DNA of 64,000 nt from Sphagnum compactum (Eukaryota). The DNA lies in the NCBI GenBank assembly GCA_965153455.1, contig OZ234493.1:25906213-25970212 (forward strand), read 5' to 3'. Position 1 is the first letter of the stretch. Each line of letters opens with the position of its first letter. The position numbers and the translations under genes are program-made. Of the stretch, positions 11,153 through 24,700 are shown one piece after another. The notes under the pieces were generated by a model, which saw nothing but the letters and a program-made list of their open reading frames with translations, was not told the DNA's origin and did no database searches.

Positions 11153-13479
11153 TTAGGATAATCCTAGGCAGGGCAGCCTCACTACCACCGGGCTGGATCT
11201 GGTAGAACAAACTGTCAACTCCAATTTCCCTGTCCCATGACTTGGCATCCCTGACCTGCAGGGAGGCCTCCCTGCCCAGCACTGTCCCAAAAGAAGGTTC
11301 CATTAGTTAGTGCAGAGGGTATGTGTCGGTTCACCCAAGCCTAGCACTTGTGCCTTGAGTGAACTAGCACCTGCAGTGAGCCTGGTAACATGGTAAAAAA
11401 AACTAAATTAACCCTCAATTGTTTTTTGCCCAGGTTGCTTCTAAACATTACATGAATATTTCACGCTGATGTCAGATTTGACATTAATTAATTCTATATG
11501 AAAATGCCTAATTTTTTGAGAATTTTCATATTAAGATACTGAAATTTTAAGGAATTTGAAAAAAATCTTCTTTCATGAAATTAATTTGCAAAAATCTGAG
11601 CTCAAACTTCAATCATGTGACACATACTTGCTTATAATCACTTCAACAACATACATACACAAGTATAATTGTAGCAATTCAAGCTAACACAATAATTGTA
11701 TAAAAGGTCAAAGTCTAAGAAACTCTCAATTGAGGTGTTAGAAAACCTTGATATATAATCTTTCTTCAACAAAAGCAATCTAACTAATTTGTAAAACATT
11801 TGGGGTGAAAGCACATCAAGCCTTTGAAATTTTGAAATCACAATTATATATAATCTTTTGACAATTAATTTTTTTTGTAATGTATTGTCATCACATCGTG
11901 GATTTTTTTTATTGTCTTAAATATATTAAATTAACTTTAGACTTAAGCTAGTCAAAAAAGAAATTTAATCCAACAAACGTTGTAGAACTAGAACATAGAT
12001 AAAATATATTTGTGACAAAATAATATCCATCACAAAGTTTGAAAATTTATACATATATTTCAAAACTAGAGTTATGTATGGATTTTTTTGGCGTGAAATA
12101 CATGTTATAATTTGGACTTTTATGACAAGTTTTTTGGGTTAGACAAATATTGTTGCATAATTTACCCAAATGCATTTAGATAATTTAACAAAAACGATTT
12201 CAACAAATGAAATGTAACTCTTTTAATAGACTTCCCTTCTTTGAAATAATTACACCAAAAAACATCAATATATTTACAATAATGAATTTTACGATTTCAG
12301 ACAGACTTGTGTCACTATCCATATATAAGACAATTATAATGGACTTATTACTTATAATGTCCAATTGAATAATTTAGAGGCACAATTTTGGGGCATGACA
12401 CTTTAAAGGTTTATACCACTTGGAATGGACTTTTCAAGGAAAACAATTGTGAAAATATTTTGGAATGTAATATTGATTTTGGCAAAGTTCATTTAGCCAT
12501 CTATATTTATGATTTTCAAGATTTATCTTCTATAAAGTTGCTTAAAAAGGTTGAAAATAGGGTATGGAAAACTTGGACATAGAGAAAAATGTTAAATCTT
12601 TAACATCATTGAAGGTTTTTTTTAAATACCTTTAAAAACATTAAAAATGGTTCAAGGATAAACTTTCAACCACCCATATTGGTCCATCTTAATGTGTTTT
12701 TGCCATTTGGGTGAATTTTTTGTAATGAATAATATTGATCAATATACATCAATTGAATCTAGGACTATTTAAAAATTTACAATTTTTGATTGAAAATTCA
12801 TTCAAAAAATATTTTTTTTGGCACTTCTTGAGCAATGAATGCAGAATCATTTCTTCTTTTTAAAAGAAAATAAACATCATATTATGAAAGAAAATGAAAT
12901 TCTATAGGTGGGCATTGCAATTTTTTTCAATATCTTTTTGTTTGGTTATATAAACATGAGGCCTATGGTTGTTAGAAAACGTAAATTATATATTTTATGT
13001 ACATTGATTTTATCCAATCCTTTTCATTTAACTATTGTATCAAGATTAACTTTGACTTAAAGTGAACTCTAAATTCCAAAATGTTATCATGCACATTTTA
13101 ATTTTTTTGCTTATGTTTAGGACTGCCAGATAATGTCATTAAAATTTCAACTTCCTACTTACCATGTGATATTTATTATATATCACCTCTTTTGGTGAAA
13201 AGCAGCTCACCCTTATTTCACTTTTTATACATTTGGCTATCATGTTTGTAATTTCATTCTCTTCAAATAACTCATCAAAATCATGTTTTTCTTTCTCATC
13301 AATGTATTTGCAAATGTCATCAATACTAATGAAGAGAGCATTATTTTCCTATGCATCTATAGCTTCAAGTTTCTAAAATCAAGATCAAATACCATTTGCA
13401 ACCCACACTTTTCTCGACCCTATAATCATTATTGTACAAGATCCAACAACTTTCCAAGACTTCAAAAGCCACATGCATA

Positions 13480-14720
13480 GATGTCCGCATAGTGTGCATA
13501 TTCAAGATCAAGTTGAATCTTGGGGTCACCATGTTTTATCTTCCATGGTCATATGCATGCATTGAATTGATGCTATAAACCATTGTTTAAACTACATGTC
13601 ATAAATCCACACTTCAACCGTGTGAAAAATGACATTTGGTAGGTTGTAACTTTGAAAAGAGTGTATCCCAACAAAAGATATTATTTTTTCATTCAAGAAA
13701 GAAAAGTTTTAAGCTTGTGCGTATTCCAACAATCAATAAATCATATCATTAATTGATAACTACACAATTTCATCTTCATGAGGTCTTATTTCATATAAAG
13801 AAAAATTTCGACATGACGCACAAAATATGGGCATGATTTACTTATTGACCAATGATTTTTGGTCTTTGTGAGATGAAACCAATAATCAAGACAAATCTTG
13901 GCTAATGAACTTTTAAGAACAAAATACCATTTGCTACTAATAGCATGCAAGTTGTCACTTGACATTTAGCTTCCATGTCAATGACCTTGATGTGTTTAAA
14001 ACCTTTTCTTTCCCAAGTACACTACTTGGCATCAAAACCAAATGTATGCCTGGCACAAACAAGGTGATGAAAAACTTCAAAATTAGGTTGATATATGAAG
14101 CTTAACAAAACAATTGTTCCCCACATCACCTAATTTGAATCAATCATCAAACAAGATGAGAACTTTGTAATTGCATACATTTGTTAGAAATCTTAGTAGA
14201 ATAAGGGTTTTTTCATAGTCATGGATGACACATGGTATAAAGAAGACCAAACCCATTTGATCTTGTTCATGACTAAAATTAGAGGTATGTTACAGGCCTT
14301 CACCAAATAGCCCACCCTATACATCATGAATTTTTCTTGATCTTCCCAATCATTTGGAAGCTTTCCACATGCCATAATAACTTGTTATCATTTCACTTCA
14401 ATTGAGATTCTACAAAAAACCACACCCATTTTGTTATAACCTTGAACCTTCCCATCCCTTTGGAGCATGTGCATTGATAAATCCCAAAATGATAGGTTGT
14501 AAAATACCAACACTCAATGATTGGCCTACATCTATCATTCCACAAAGCATTTCACATAATTCTTTGACAACATCTAGCTTAGATGAAAGAGGCGCTTCAC
14601 ATGGTGTTGATGCTATAAAACAATTGCACCTATGTATATGAGGCGATTACTTTGGTTTCACCTTTCCATCACACATAAACCACATTCATTGACCCTCTAC
14701 TCAATTTTGTCAAAAGGGAT
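13480..14720 (-). pseudogene. Decayed pogo/Tc5-like (DDE_1) transposase
   Basis: Minus-strand translated fragments in the expected order: KLPNDWEDQ..YRVGYLVKACNIP..LVMN, TWERKGFKHIKVIDMEAKCQVT, HLTKTKNHWS, FIDCWNTHK, SKLQP. Multiple stops and frameshifts; boundaries approximate. Confidence 0.7.
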
Positions 14721-15152
14721 CATATTTGTCGTTGGTGACCTACGTGAAAAGAAATAACACATTTAAATTACATCACATGTAAACAAATTGAAATGACTAC
14801 ATGTTATCAACCGACAATGATATACAAATAAACTTTGATCACCTATGAGTTAATTTCAAGTAATGCAAAACAATAGAAATATTATGATATCAATTCATTA
14901 CTGCAACAAAAAAATTAAAGCCCTTTTTAGTGTGCAAACCAATTTTCTTAAGACCTTTTCTTCTTTGAACAATTCATCTATGAACAGTGTGGTGAAAAAG
15001 GGACACTTAATGTGACAATAACCAAAAAAGGCTTACTAACTATGCATTTGCAGATTAAAGTGTTCAAAAATCAAATGTAAGGCCATTTTTTTCTAGTGCA
15101 CCTTCCCAAGTTCAAAGACCTAGGTGATAAATTAAAACACATATCTATTGAA

Positions 15153-15898
15153 AGGTGAAAGCACATTATAGGGGGGCAACTTGGGTAGTTTCATGACATG
15201 TGAGTAAAATACACATTTGCAAAATGTGTTACATTTAATTTTGGGTTTCACTTTTGGTGTTTCAACTTTATATTTTGATTTTCACAAACTCATTCAAGGA
15301 ATTCAAGGAATAATGGGTATATTTATGGTATATGCACAATATAATAAAACCTTTTTTTTAATAAAAAATTACATTAAGTTTTGGTTTGAATTAATCAACC
15401 AAAAAACATTTGAAATGAAATTATAAAAAATGGCCCACCTCACATATATTTTCATCTTCCATTTGAAAGTGATTGTTTGTCAAAATTTTAATTTACCACA
15501 ATGTACTTAATGGTCATCACCTTGAAAAACACCCATTTGTGATATGATAGTTATCAACTCTTCACATGGTTCACAAACTTATTTCAATCATATGGATTCA
15601 CAATATTTAGTAGATACTAAAATTTTCCTAAAATTTCAAAATCATTTCAATCATTTTTCAATATATTCGGATTTTTTAGTACATTGTGATGTACATTGTT
15701 TTTGGCACAAATACATGAACTAACATCAAAAGTGTAATTTCTTTGGCATTTGACTTCTTTGGGTTTTGACCTAACATAATATGCAAAAAAATTATGAAAA
15801 TCCTTCATAATAATGACATGGTTGAAATTCAAACATGGGAACCTTGTAACGCAGAACATTGTGACAACAATCTTGGTCCCCCTAGTGTGTTTTCACCC
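15153..15898. mobile_element. MITE, ~745 bp
   Basis: TIR AGGTGAAAGCACATTATAGGGG / CCCCTAGTGTGTTTTCACCC. Confidence 0.6.
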
Positions 15899-15952
15899 TA
15901 CAAATGGATTCAATTTTCACAAATTGAATTATTGTAGTTATTAAACTGAAAA

Positions 15953-15983
<31 letters not shown>

Positions 15984-18380
15984 TACAATGGACGGGGCAC
16001 TTTTTTTTTTTTTATACACTGGAATTGAAATTATTCTACAAAAAAATTCATATGGCTTCACTCAATCAAATGCAACTTTCCATGCCATTTCATAACATGA
16101 AATGTATTTTAATGGACTTTTGAAAGCCCCAAAATGCACCAATTTTCTAAAGTTCACTTTGGCATGAAAATGAAACTTGCTTTTAAATTTCTATTTATGA
16201 ACAATGAATATAAACATAAGAAAAATTATCACAAATTTAAGTCAATATTAAAAAAATTCAAAAGTGGTTTAGGCATGCAACAATGTCACATCTTTCTCAC
16301 ATTTCAAATACATTACAAAAGGTATTTTTATGGAATCTTATTGTGTCATCTTTTATTCATTCTAGCTTGGAAATACCTGATTGGTCATTTGGGAGGTGTA
16401 ACTTGAATATATTTAGTAGTAGATTTTTACGCAATTCTTTGAAAACTCCTTTAGAATTAGAGTTACATTTTTTCTTGTGTGACAATTTCAACAAAATTTG
16501 TCAATTTAAAAAAAAATTAGGCACCATTCTACTTTAATGATTGAAGTGGTGTATCTCAAATTCTATAAAATTCCCCAAATCTAAATCAATCAACTTTCAT
16601 TGTCACTAACATTATCTTCAGCAAGTTTAATATCATATTTAATTTTTCCTTTCTTCCTCTTTAGAAAACAATTTTTCTTTTAATGGAAGTATTTTTTTGA
16701 ACTTACATTTACATCTCCAAGTTCTTTCTCTAATAGCATCAACCAATGACAATGTTTTATAAACTTTCAATGGATAAATACAATATTTTGAATACACACA
16801 CATATCAAGATTTGTTTGAAGTACACAATCCATACATGTACATAAAGCTTCCATAACTTGATTCAACAAAGTCATTGGAAACCAAAACTTGATAAAAGGG
16901 AACTTCACATGTGTGAAAGAGATGTGGAAGAACTATGATTTCAAAAGAGTTGTAATTTGTGGAAGATTTTTGTTTTTGAAAGTTGAATGGCTATGGCTAA
17001 ACCATTGGAATGTTTAATAAAAAATTGCCAAAACCCTATGAATTTTAAGTCTCATGTCTAAAATCACCCAAGTTTCAAAAATTAATTATTTCAATACATG
17101 GGTGCTAGATTAGACATCCACATACAATATTCTATCCTAGGAGAAATTAGGGTTTCCCAATTCAAATTTAACATTTACCATGTTGAATTAGTAATTAAGG
17201 CTATGCTTCACTCAAGAAGATGACATGTATCAATGTTCATACTTGTTCCTAAGTGTTAACACACTTGTAAGTTTAAAATTTCTTTAATAAACATTGGTCA
17301 TGGGCCAAGTTCCAACCTTGTTTGTACAAGTACTTATGCTTCACATTTGGAAGCATAGGTAAAAGGTAATGTATTCAAAGGTTTGCAACCAATGTATTTT
17401 TTGGGACTTAAAGAAAAGACCAAGGTGATTCCCAAGAGTTTAAGAACAGGGAAAAATTAAAGATCTTTTATTTTTCAAATTGAAATAAAATGATGACACA
17501 ATGTGTCAGAACTTAATCAAAAGTGAAATCAATTCAAAGGTTAATTAATGACAACGTAAACCCAATTGCCCATAAATATTGAAGCAACAAGGAAATTAAT
17601 TAGGTGACTTAAAGGAACAAGAAGGGGAATAATGAGGCAACATGGGAACATTTCCTATAACAAAAAAAAGTTATTAAATTAAAAATGTTTTTTTATTATA
17701 TTTCATTTATAAGAAAAAGGCATTTGCAACACTAGCATTCCAAGTAATGGTTTTAATGATAATTGACATTGATATTTTCCTTGTTTCATAACTTAAGGTG
17801 AGATTCAATATTTATATTTTACTATCCAAATTTATTTTATAGATATAAATGGGTAGATGTTAAGATATTAAATGGTAGGAAAATTGTAGTATGTAAACAC
17901 ATTTGACATATTCCCAATGGGGAGAAACAATTCATTATGCAACTTGTACTACAACACATGAATACATGGCATTGAAAACATGTTAAGGGAAAAATGAACA
18001 AACAAAAAAAAATCCCTTTGGTTGTGCATCCAAATTTCAATGCAACTAAAAATTATTGCAAATCTTAGCATTATTTTAAAGAATTCCAAAGGTAAAAAGT
18101 AACCATCTTGTGCACAAGGCATGAGTGCACCAACAAAAAAAAATATTAAAAATAAAAATTATTATTATTCAGTGACCATAAGTCACGCAAATTCATCGTG
18201 AACAAGTGCATTTCAAAATGATGGAATGACCATTTTACTAATGTCAAAATCAATATCTTCAACCCTATTAAAGGTTTTTTTATAAAAATATTAACCAAAT
18301 ATGGTCTAAATATGATATTGAGTTTAAAATATATGCTAGAGTAATTAAGAAGTAGTAGAAAACTAAAGCAAATCTATATG

Positions 18381-18982
18381 GGGTGTCAACAAGGTAAAAT
18401 AGACAAAAAAGTAGTTTGCCCAAATTCCAATTAAAAAATGGAACAATTTTTGATATGGACACAAGAAAGTAGATTCAAGATATTTTGAAGTAGACATATA
18501 AAACCATAGGGCCCTACATTTAGTTTATGGGAAGTTGAATACAAAGTTTGAACAACTTTGGTATCCTAAAAGTAGGTTGAAAATACATTTGAAACTAATT
18601 GGGTCAAAATGGTGTTCAAACTTCCTTCATATTAAAATTTTGATATATTATGATTATAACATCCACAATTTGATAATAGATAAGTATTTTTTAGGGTTCC
18701 GCAAAATTGAAATTTAAAATAAATAAATAATTCATTTACATGTAGCCCATTTTGTAAAATCGAACAATTCTGCAAGTAGAAGTATTTTTTTAAAATTCTA
18801 TTTAATTCTACTTTCAAGATGGGGGTTTTCAAAATTTTAAATATAAATAGAAATATTATCATCATGTTAAATATTTTACAAAAACATATTTCTATTTTCA
18901 ATATATTAAAACATTTTCATGGCTACATGTAATTGTTTTTGATAAGGAGCAATGAACTGTCTATTTTACCTTGTTTGCACCC
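18381..18982. mobile_element. MITE, ~600 bp
   Basis: 25-bp TIR GGGTGTCAACAAGGTAAAATAGACA / TGTCTATTTTACCTTGTTTGCACCC; interior similar to 27355-27980 (AAGAAAGTAGATTCAA, ATGGTGTTCAAAC). Confidence 0.7.
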
Positions 18983-20472
18983 TATGCTAATGTTTTTTAA
19001 AGCAATTTGTTTTTCATTTTTTGACCTAAAAGTTTGGAAATAAACAGAGATTTATTTTTTTCTATTGTGAATTATGTACTAAATTTTTCGTCCTTTTGGA
19101 AAAAATTTGCCAAATGTTTTATATCAAAAGTTGGAAAAAAGAACCATGTTGTATATTTTTACCCTAACATTTATTTTTCCATTTATCCATAAAAACATTT
19201 GATTGCCCAACTTCAATAAATATTGTAGTCCATTTGAAGGTTGGCTTTTCATGCCATACAACATTTCCACCCACACATTTTAAGAGCATGTTTTCGATAT
19301 AAAACACAAAAAATTGCTAATTAGGTTTCTTAAATGGTTTTCGGACGTTATATTTGCATAAGTTGTGATGGCTGACAATAGTAACTACACAATCTACATC
19401 ATATTGTGGATTGGCTTGCTTGATTGGTCCCCATGACATAGTCTCCCATTATTGTTGATTGGCCAAATTATCTTAATGGTCCATTTGTTAAGTTGCTATT
19501 AGTGGGCTCCCACTTTTAAAAATCCCACTTTCACATGGGTGAGGCTTGGGATATGTAAATAACTAATAATGGATGTGAAAAAGATTAATGTAAACCTAGA
19601 TACCAATTTGGGTGGGGATCGTATTCTTAATGGTCAATTGACCAACAACCTTGGCAAGATGGTCATGAGTCCTAATTATTTGGTTCTAAATAATTAGTGT
19701 TTGAGCAAAAGAAAAATGAATATCAAGCATTAAGGATCAAAGCTAAATCATTATAAACTATTTAAAATGTTGGCATCATGTGTTATGTTGTAACAGGTTG
19801 ATACAACTAAAGGATTTTTTCAAAACCTTAACTTTTACATGTCCATGAATTGTTATTTTCCATCTTTCAAAAAAGAAAACTTAAGTCCATTCTATGTTGA
19901 TTTGTTTTAAAACATGGAAGATGGAAGTCCAATATTCAAAAAATAAATCACAAAATAGATGGAACTCAAAACGAAAAAAACTACTAAACTAAGAATGTTT
20001 GCCTTCATTTCCAAAGTGTTGTGAAAGTGCTGTCATATGTTTTAAAATATCCTTTAAGTTCAATTATCAGGCTAAGTAGTAAGTAATATGCAATATGTAT
20101 TTGGGTGAAGTAGTAGGTATTTTATCATGTTGATATGTAATAATGTTCTTGTATTAATTATTTAATTAATTAGTCTATGTAATTTATATTTTGAATATGC
20201 TAGGTAGTAGGAGTGTTAATTTTATGACCAATTTAATATCATACATTTAAATCAAATTATGATCTATTATAAACAAAATTTTATAATATAATTTTTAAAA
20301 CCAAATATATGTTTGAGATGTGAAAAAATATAATTTATTTTTATGTAAAATGTTAATCATAATTTTAGTAAAAATAAAGATATTATATGTGTAAACGTAA
20401 TAAAATTTATAGTTCCATAAAATCAATTAATTATATGGCATTACTTAATATTTAGAAATTAAAATTAATTAT

Positions 20473-21097
20473 GGGTAAAATCATAGTCAAAGGAGCCACC
20501 CAAGTGAATGGACACTTTTTAAAATTGCACTTTTGTATGTTTGAAAGATCACAAAAGAAACATAACAGTTTGGATTGTCATAATTTTTCGAAATATTTTC
20601 CATTAATTGCAAAGTTTACATGCTCAAAGTTTAACACAAATCAAAAATGTTTTTGCATGTTCAAAACACTCAATCTTCGAGAACGGACAATCTTTGTTTT
20701 ATACAAAAAAAACAATTTCTACCAAATGTGCATTATTCCTTTTGAAAATTGGAGAGGATTTTAACATTGATTATTAAAAGGACAAAGGGATTTGAAATAA
20801 TGAAAATTGTTTTTATAACCCATTTGGCTTGAAAGTGTTTTTAACCTTGAAAATTATGGATTTTGAAATTTTGATTTAACAAAAAGTTGTTTATATCTGT
20901 GATAAAGGGCATGAATGCAAAATATACATGATATAAAATCAAAATGTATATATATTTGAAATGAAATGTTAAATGGGGTATCCGAAATACAAAATTTTAA
21001 GTTATAAACCAACGCAAAAATGATACATGTCATGTGCAGTCTTTGGAAAAAGACTTTTACATTGGCGCCCATGGCTCCTTTGATTATGATTTCACCT
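20473..21097. mobile_element. MITE, ~625 bp
   Basis: 25-bp TIR GGTAAAATCATAGTCAAAGGAGCCA / TGGCTCCTTTGATTATGATTTCACC (2 mismatches); TSD ambiguous in AT-rich flanks. Confidence 0.7.
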
Positions 21098-21611
21098 TTA
21101 TCTAGATTAATCTTTTATATTGAAAATAATATAGTTAATGAAAAATATTTTATTATATCTTTAGAAATTATTTATGATCCATTTATAAATATTATATGTG
21201 AATAAATTATATATCACCCATTTTAATTAAATTCTATTGGTAAAATTATGATATATCAAAGAAAATTGCATAATATAATTTTTAGAATTAAATGAAAATT
21301 TAATATATGAAATTTATTTATGTATTTATTATTATATTATCAATTTATAAATCATGTGATTGAATTTATTTTTTCCACAGAATGGTCATTGAAATTGTAT
21401 TGAATAATGAAATTCAAATATTTTTCTTTTCAAATCAATTTATAGTTTTAAGAAAAAAATGTTTGTGTACATTATTGAAAAAAATTAAATTTAAACTTTA
21501 ATCTTTTTATTTAGACAAAATCATAATAAAATATCAAAGTTGAAAAAAGGTGTTTTGTGTAATGTTTTAAATGAAATAGGTTAAATAAAATGCACATTAC
21601 TATTTTGCCAC

Positions 21612-21780
21612 AACAAGTGGGGTGACTTGGTGGTAAAGAAGTTGATCTCCATCCTTGGGGTTGAGGTTTAAGGATCCACCCCCACAAATGAAATGGGTTA
21701 TGGTCAACGCTAAAATGTTGACCAAATATTCCCTACTTTACCAACATAATAACCAAGGAAAGAGTCACAAAGGTTAATGG
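21612..21780 (+). mobile_element. Possible decayed tRNA-derived SINE head
   Basis: A-box-like TGACTTGGTGG and B-box-like GGATCCACCCC about 40 nt apart; no intact cloverleaf. Confidence 0.3.
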
Positions 21781-24700
21781 CCAAGGGGGATGGAACCAAA
21801 TAGCTCAAGGTGGTAATCTATCTAGGAAGGATAGTGGAAGGGGCTCCAAACCAAGGGAGGATCTTGGCAAAAAACAAGATTCATAACAAAAATCGATTAA
21901 AGTGAAAGATGGAGCTAATATAATTGCCAACTAACAAGGTGAGAACTTGTGGGGGAGGAAAACAAAAGGATAATGGATTATGAAAGGTTTAACCGTGATT
22001 AAAAAAAGGAAAATAAGGATAAGAAAGGTGGGCCCTTGTCTATGTGGGAACTAGTAACAAAATTAAAGGAATTGGCAAAATTTGATCAAGGAGGTGGAGG
22101 GAATTCTAACATAATGGACCCATTTACTTGAACTCAATTTTGGTTTAATTCCAAAAACTTTACCAAAAGTAGGTCTTGGTTTTAGATTTGGGTGGACAAC
22201 CGAATGGGAACCACCCCCAAGTTCTATTATTAAAAAAAACTAGAAATAGACCTGGGGTTTAATTCTAATATTGATTGAAACAACCAAATTAATTCCTTAA
22301 AAACAATTGTTGCAATTCCATTTCAAGCCTTCAGGGTTTTATTTTGTTTTTTCATGTTTTCATTTTTCAAGCACGTTATCTTTCCCTTTTTCTGCATGTT
22401 TCTCAAGCATGATTGCCACCACCACAACAATCCCCATAACAAAAAATAAATTAAAAAATCAACTAATGAACAAGCTAATGATGAGCAAGAAAACATGAAT
22501 ATGTTTAGTACATAACTTACTTTGCTTGCAACTCCATTTTTGCAAGTCCAAAAAATGGAACTTGGTTTTCATTTAGGGAATCCATTTTTTGAACTTGTAA
22601 AAATGGAACCATAATTCCTTCCAAAAAAAAAAAAAAAACTTCTTGAAAAAAAATCCCATTTTTTGGACTTGAAAAGAAGCAAAACATATTATTATTATTA
22701 GTATTATTATCTTTTGAAGGAGTTTAATTTTTGGTCTTGCGAATTTTGCAAGACCAGACAATGGGCTCTTTCCAAAACAAATATTTAAATAGATTTTTTT
22801 CAAAGTCTTTTTTTTGGTTTTATAAGTTCGCAAGACCAAAAACTAAACTCAATGAATGAAAAAAAACCAAAAAAAATAATTTTTTTTATTCTTTTTCCTA
22901 TCTTAGAACAAAAGTTCAATTATTAATTTTTTTATTTAGTTCATTTTCATATTTTGGATGTTCAAACCAAAACTATAGGCTACTTATTGGAATGAAGGGT
23001 TATGTAGAACCAAAAATAAAAACTGGCTGAACTTGAAAATAAAAGATAGAATTGAAACCTTGACAATTTTTAAACTAAAACTAAAACTAGAACCGTGTCC
23101 CATATTTGAAAAAAAAAGGAATCAAAACCAAATTGAAACATGTGTCCTTTGAAAAATGTTAGGGATGAGCTAAGGGGTCCCTTAGAACTAAAGAACTAGA
23201 TGACATTAATCCAATTTTAATTCTTTTCTTATAAATTTTTTAAAGGTGAGTTGGACATTTTTTATACTATGAACCCATAAAACCACGTTTATAAAAATTT
23301 TGTCATGATTTTTTTTTAAAATTTAAATATTTTTTATGATGGAAGGTGCAAAGTTCATTAGCCCAATGTGGGTTGAAAAGGTTGTGATTGGTTCGATTTT
23401 TTAACATATTTTTTCTCAAAAATTTTTATATATATTTTTGAAAGTTTGTGAAAACTTTGTTCACCCATGGTCCAAAAAAATTGTGATTGGTGAAAAACAA
23501 TTACATAATTTTTTTCATTTTAAAAATAAACATAAAAAATAGATGTGAAGTTTGCTAACCCACGGGGCAAAAAAGCCATATTTGGTTGGATTTTTTAAAT
23601 ATACTTTTCTATTATGTTATCCATGGTTATACAACTTACTGAAAATTGAAATGGAGAAAATGAAGAAAATGATGAAGTGGAAAAAAAGGAAATGGAAGTA
23701 AAGAGATGAAAAAAAAGGAAGGACAAACCTTAAACCAATAGTAAAAAGTATATATAATATCAAGTTAAAAATAAAAATTTACATAAAACCATTTTTGGTT
23801 CTATTATAATATGTTGGTATTTCAATAAAATTTATTTTCACTTGACAACTTGAGCCCACACAAAAGTGATGTAAAAATTTCCATGTGATGGGCTTTGGAC
23901 GTATTTTGAAGGCTTTCAACATTTCCATGGTGCTAGTCCTAAACCATAGTGTAAGGGGTCCATTCATGATTTGGGGTACCAAAAAGGAATGTTTAATGTT
24001 TTAAAAATTGCAAAGGACAACTTTGGATTTTTTTAATCTTACATTATTATAATTTTAGTGGGATGTTGGATGCCAATAGATGAAATGATGTCTTATTAAA
24101 TTAATAAAATATTTTAAAATAATTTGGATACTATATGAATGTCATTTTGGGTCCTGTAAATTAACTATATCAAATGTCTAAACTGCACTTTTAAAAAAAG
24201 GAATCAAAAGGAATGCACAAAGTCATACAATTGATTTCAACATGCCCCCTTATATGAAAATACATAAAAGTTCATCGGATGAACTTGATGAAAAACCAAA
24301 TCATAAAAAAATTCAAAATCTTGAAATTCGTAAGGAAAGGGCTACAAGGCAAAGGATTCATTTTAAAAATCATTTGACAAAAAAAATGTTCAATGGGTTC
24401 AAAATGTTTAGCTTTAGATGCATTGTCACCAAAAGAAGGGGAGAGAGTTAGAGAGAGAGCGATGCACCAACACAGAGGCAACCGGACATGGCGAGCGCCC
24501 AGACCCAGATCGGATCCGATCTCCCCGATGCTTCGACCAGCACCACAATTCCCACCCTAACAATCTACAGAACTCATCAGTATACAACACCTGACTCCTC
24601 AGCAAGAATGATCAGCTCAAACAAATCAAGATCAACACATCGGAATACAGGGAACAGATCTCTGTACTCTGAATTAGATTAACAAATCAAAGACTGTCTC

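Noticed and set aside
16639..16908. Possible hAT transposase fragment
   Set aside because: Only vague similarity; not supportable without a search.
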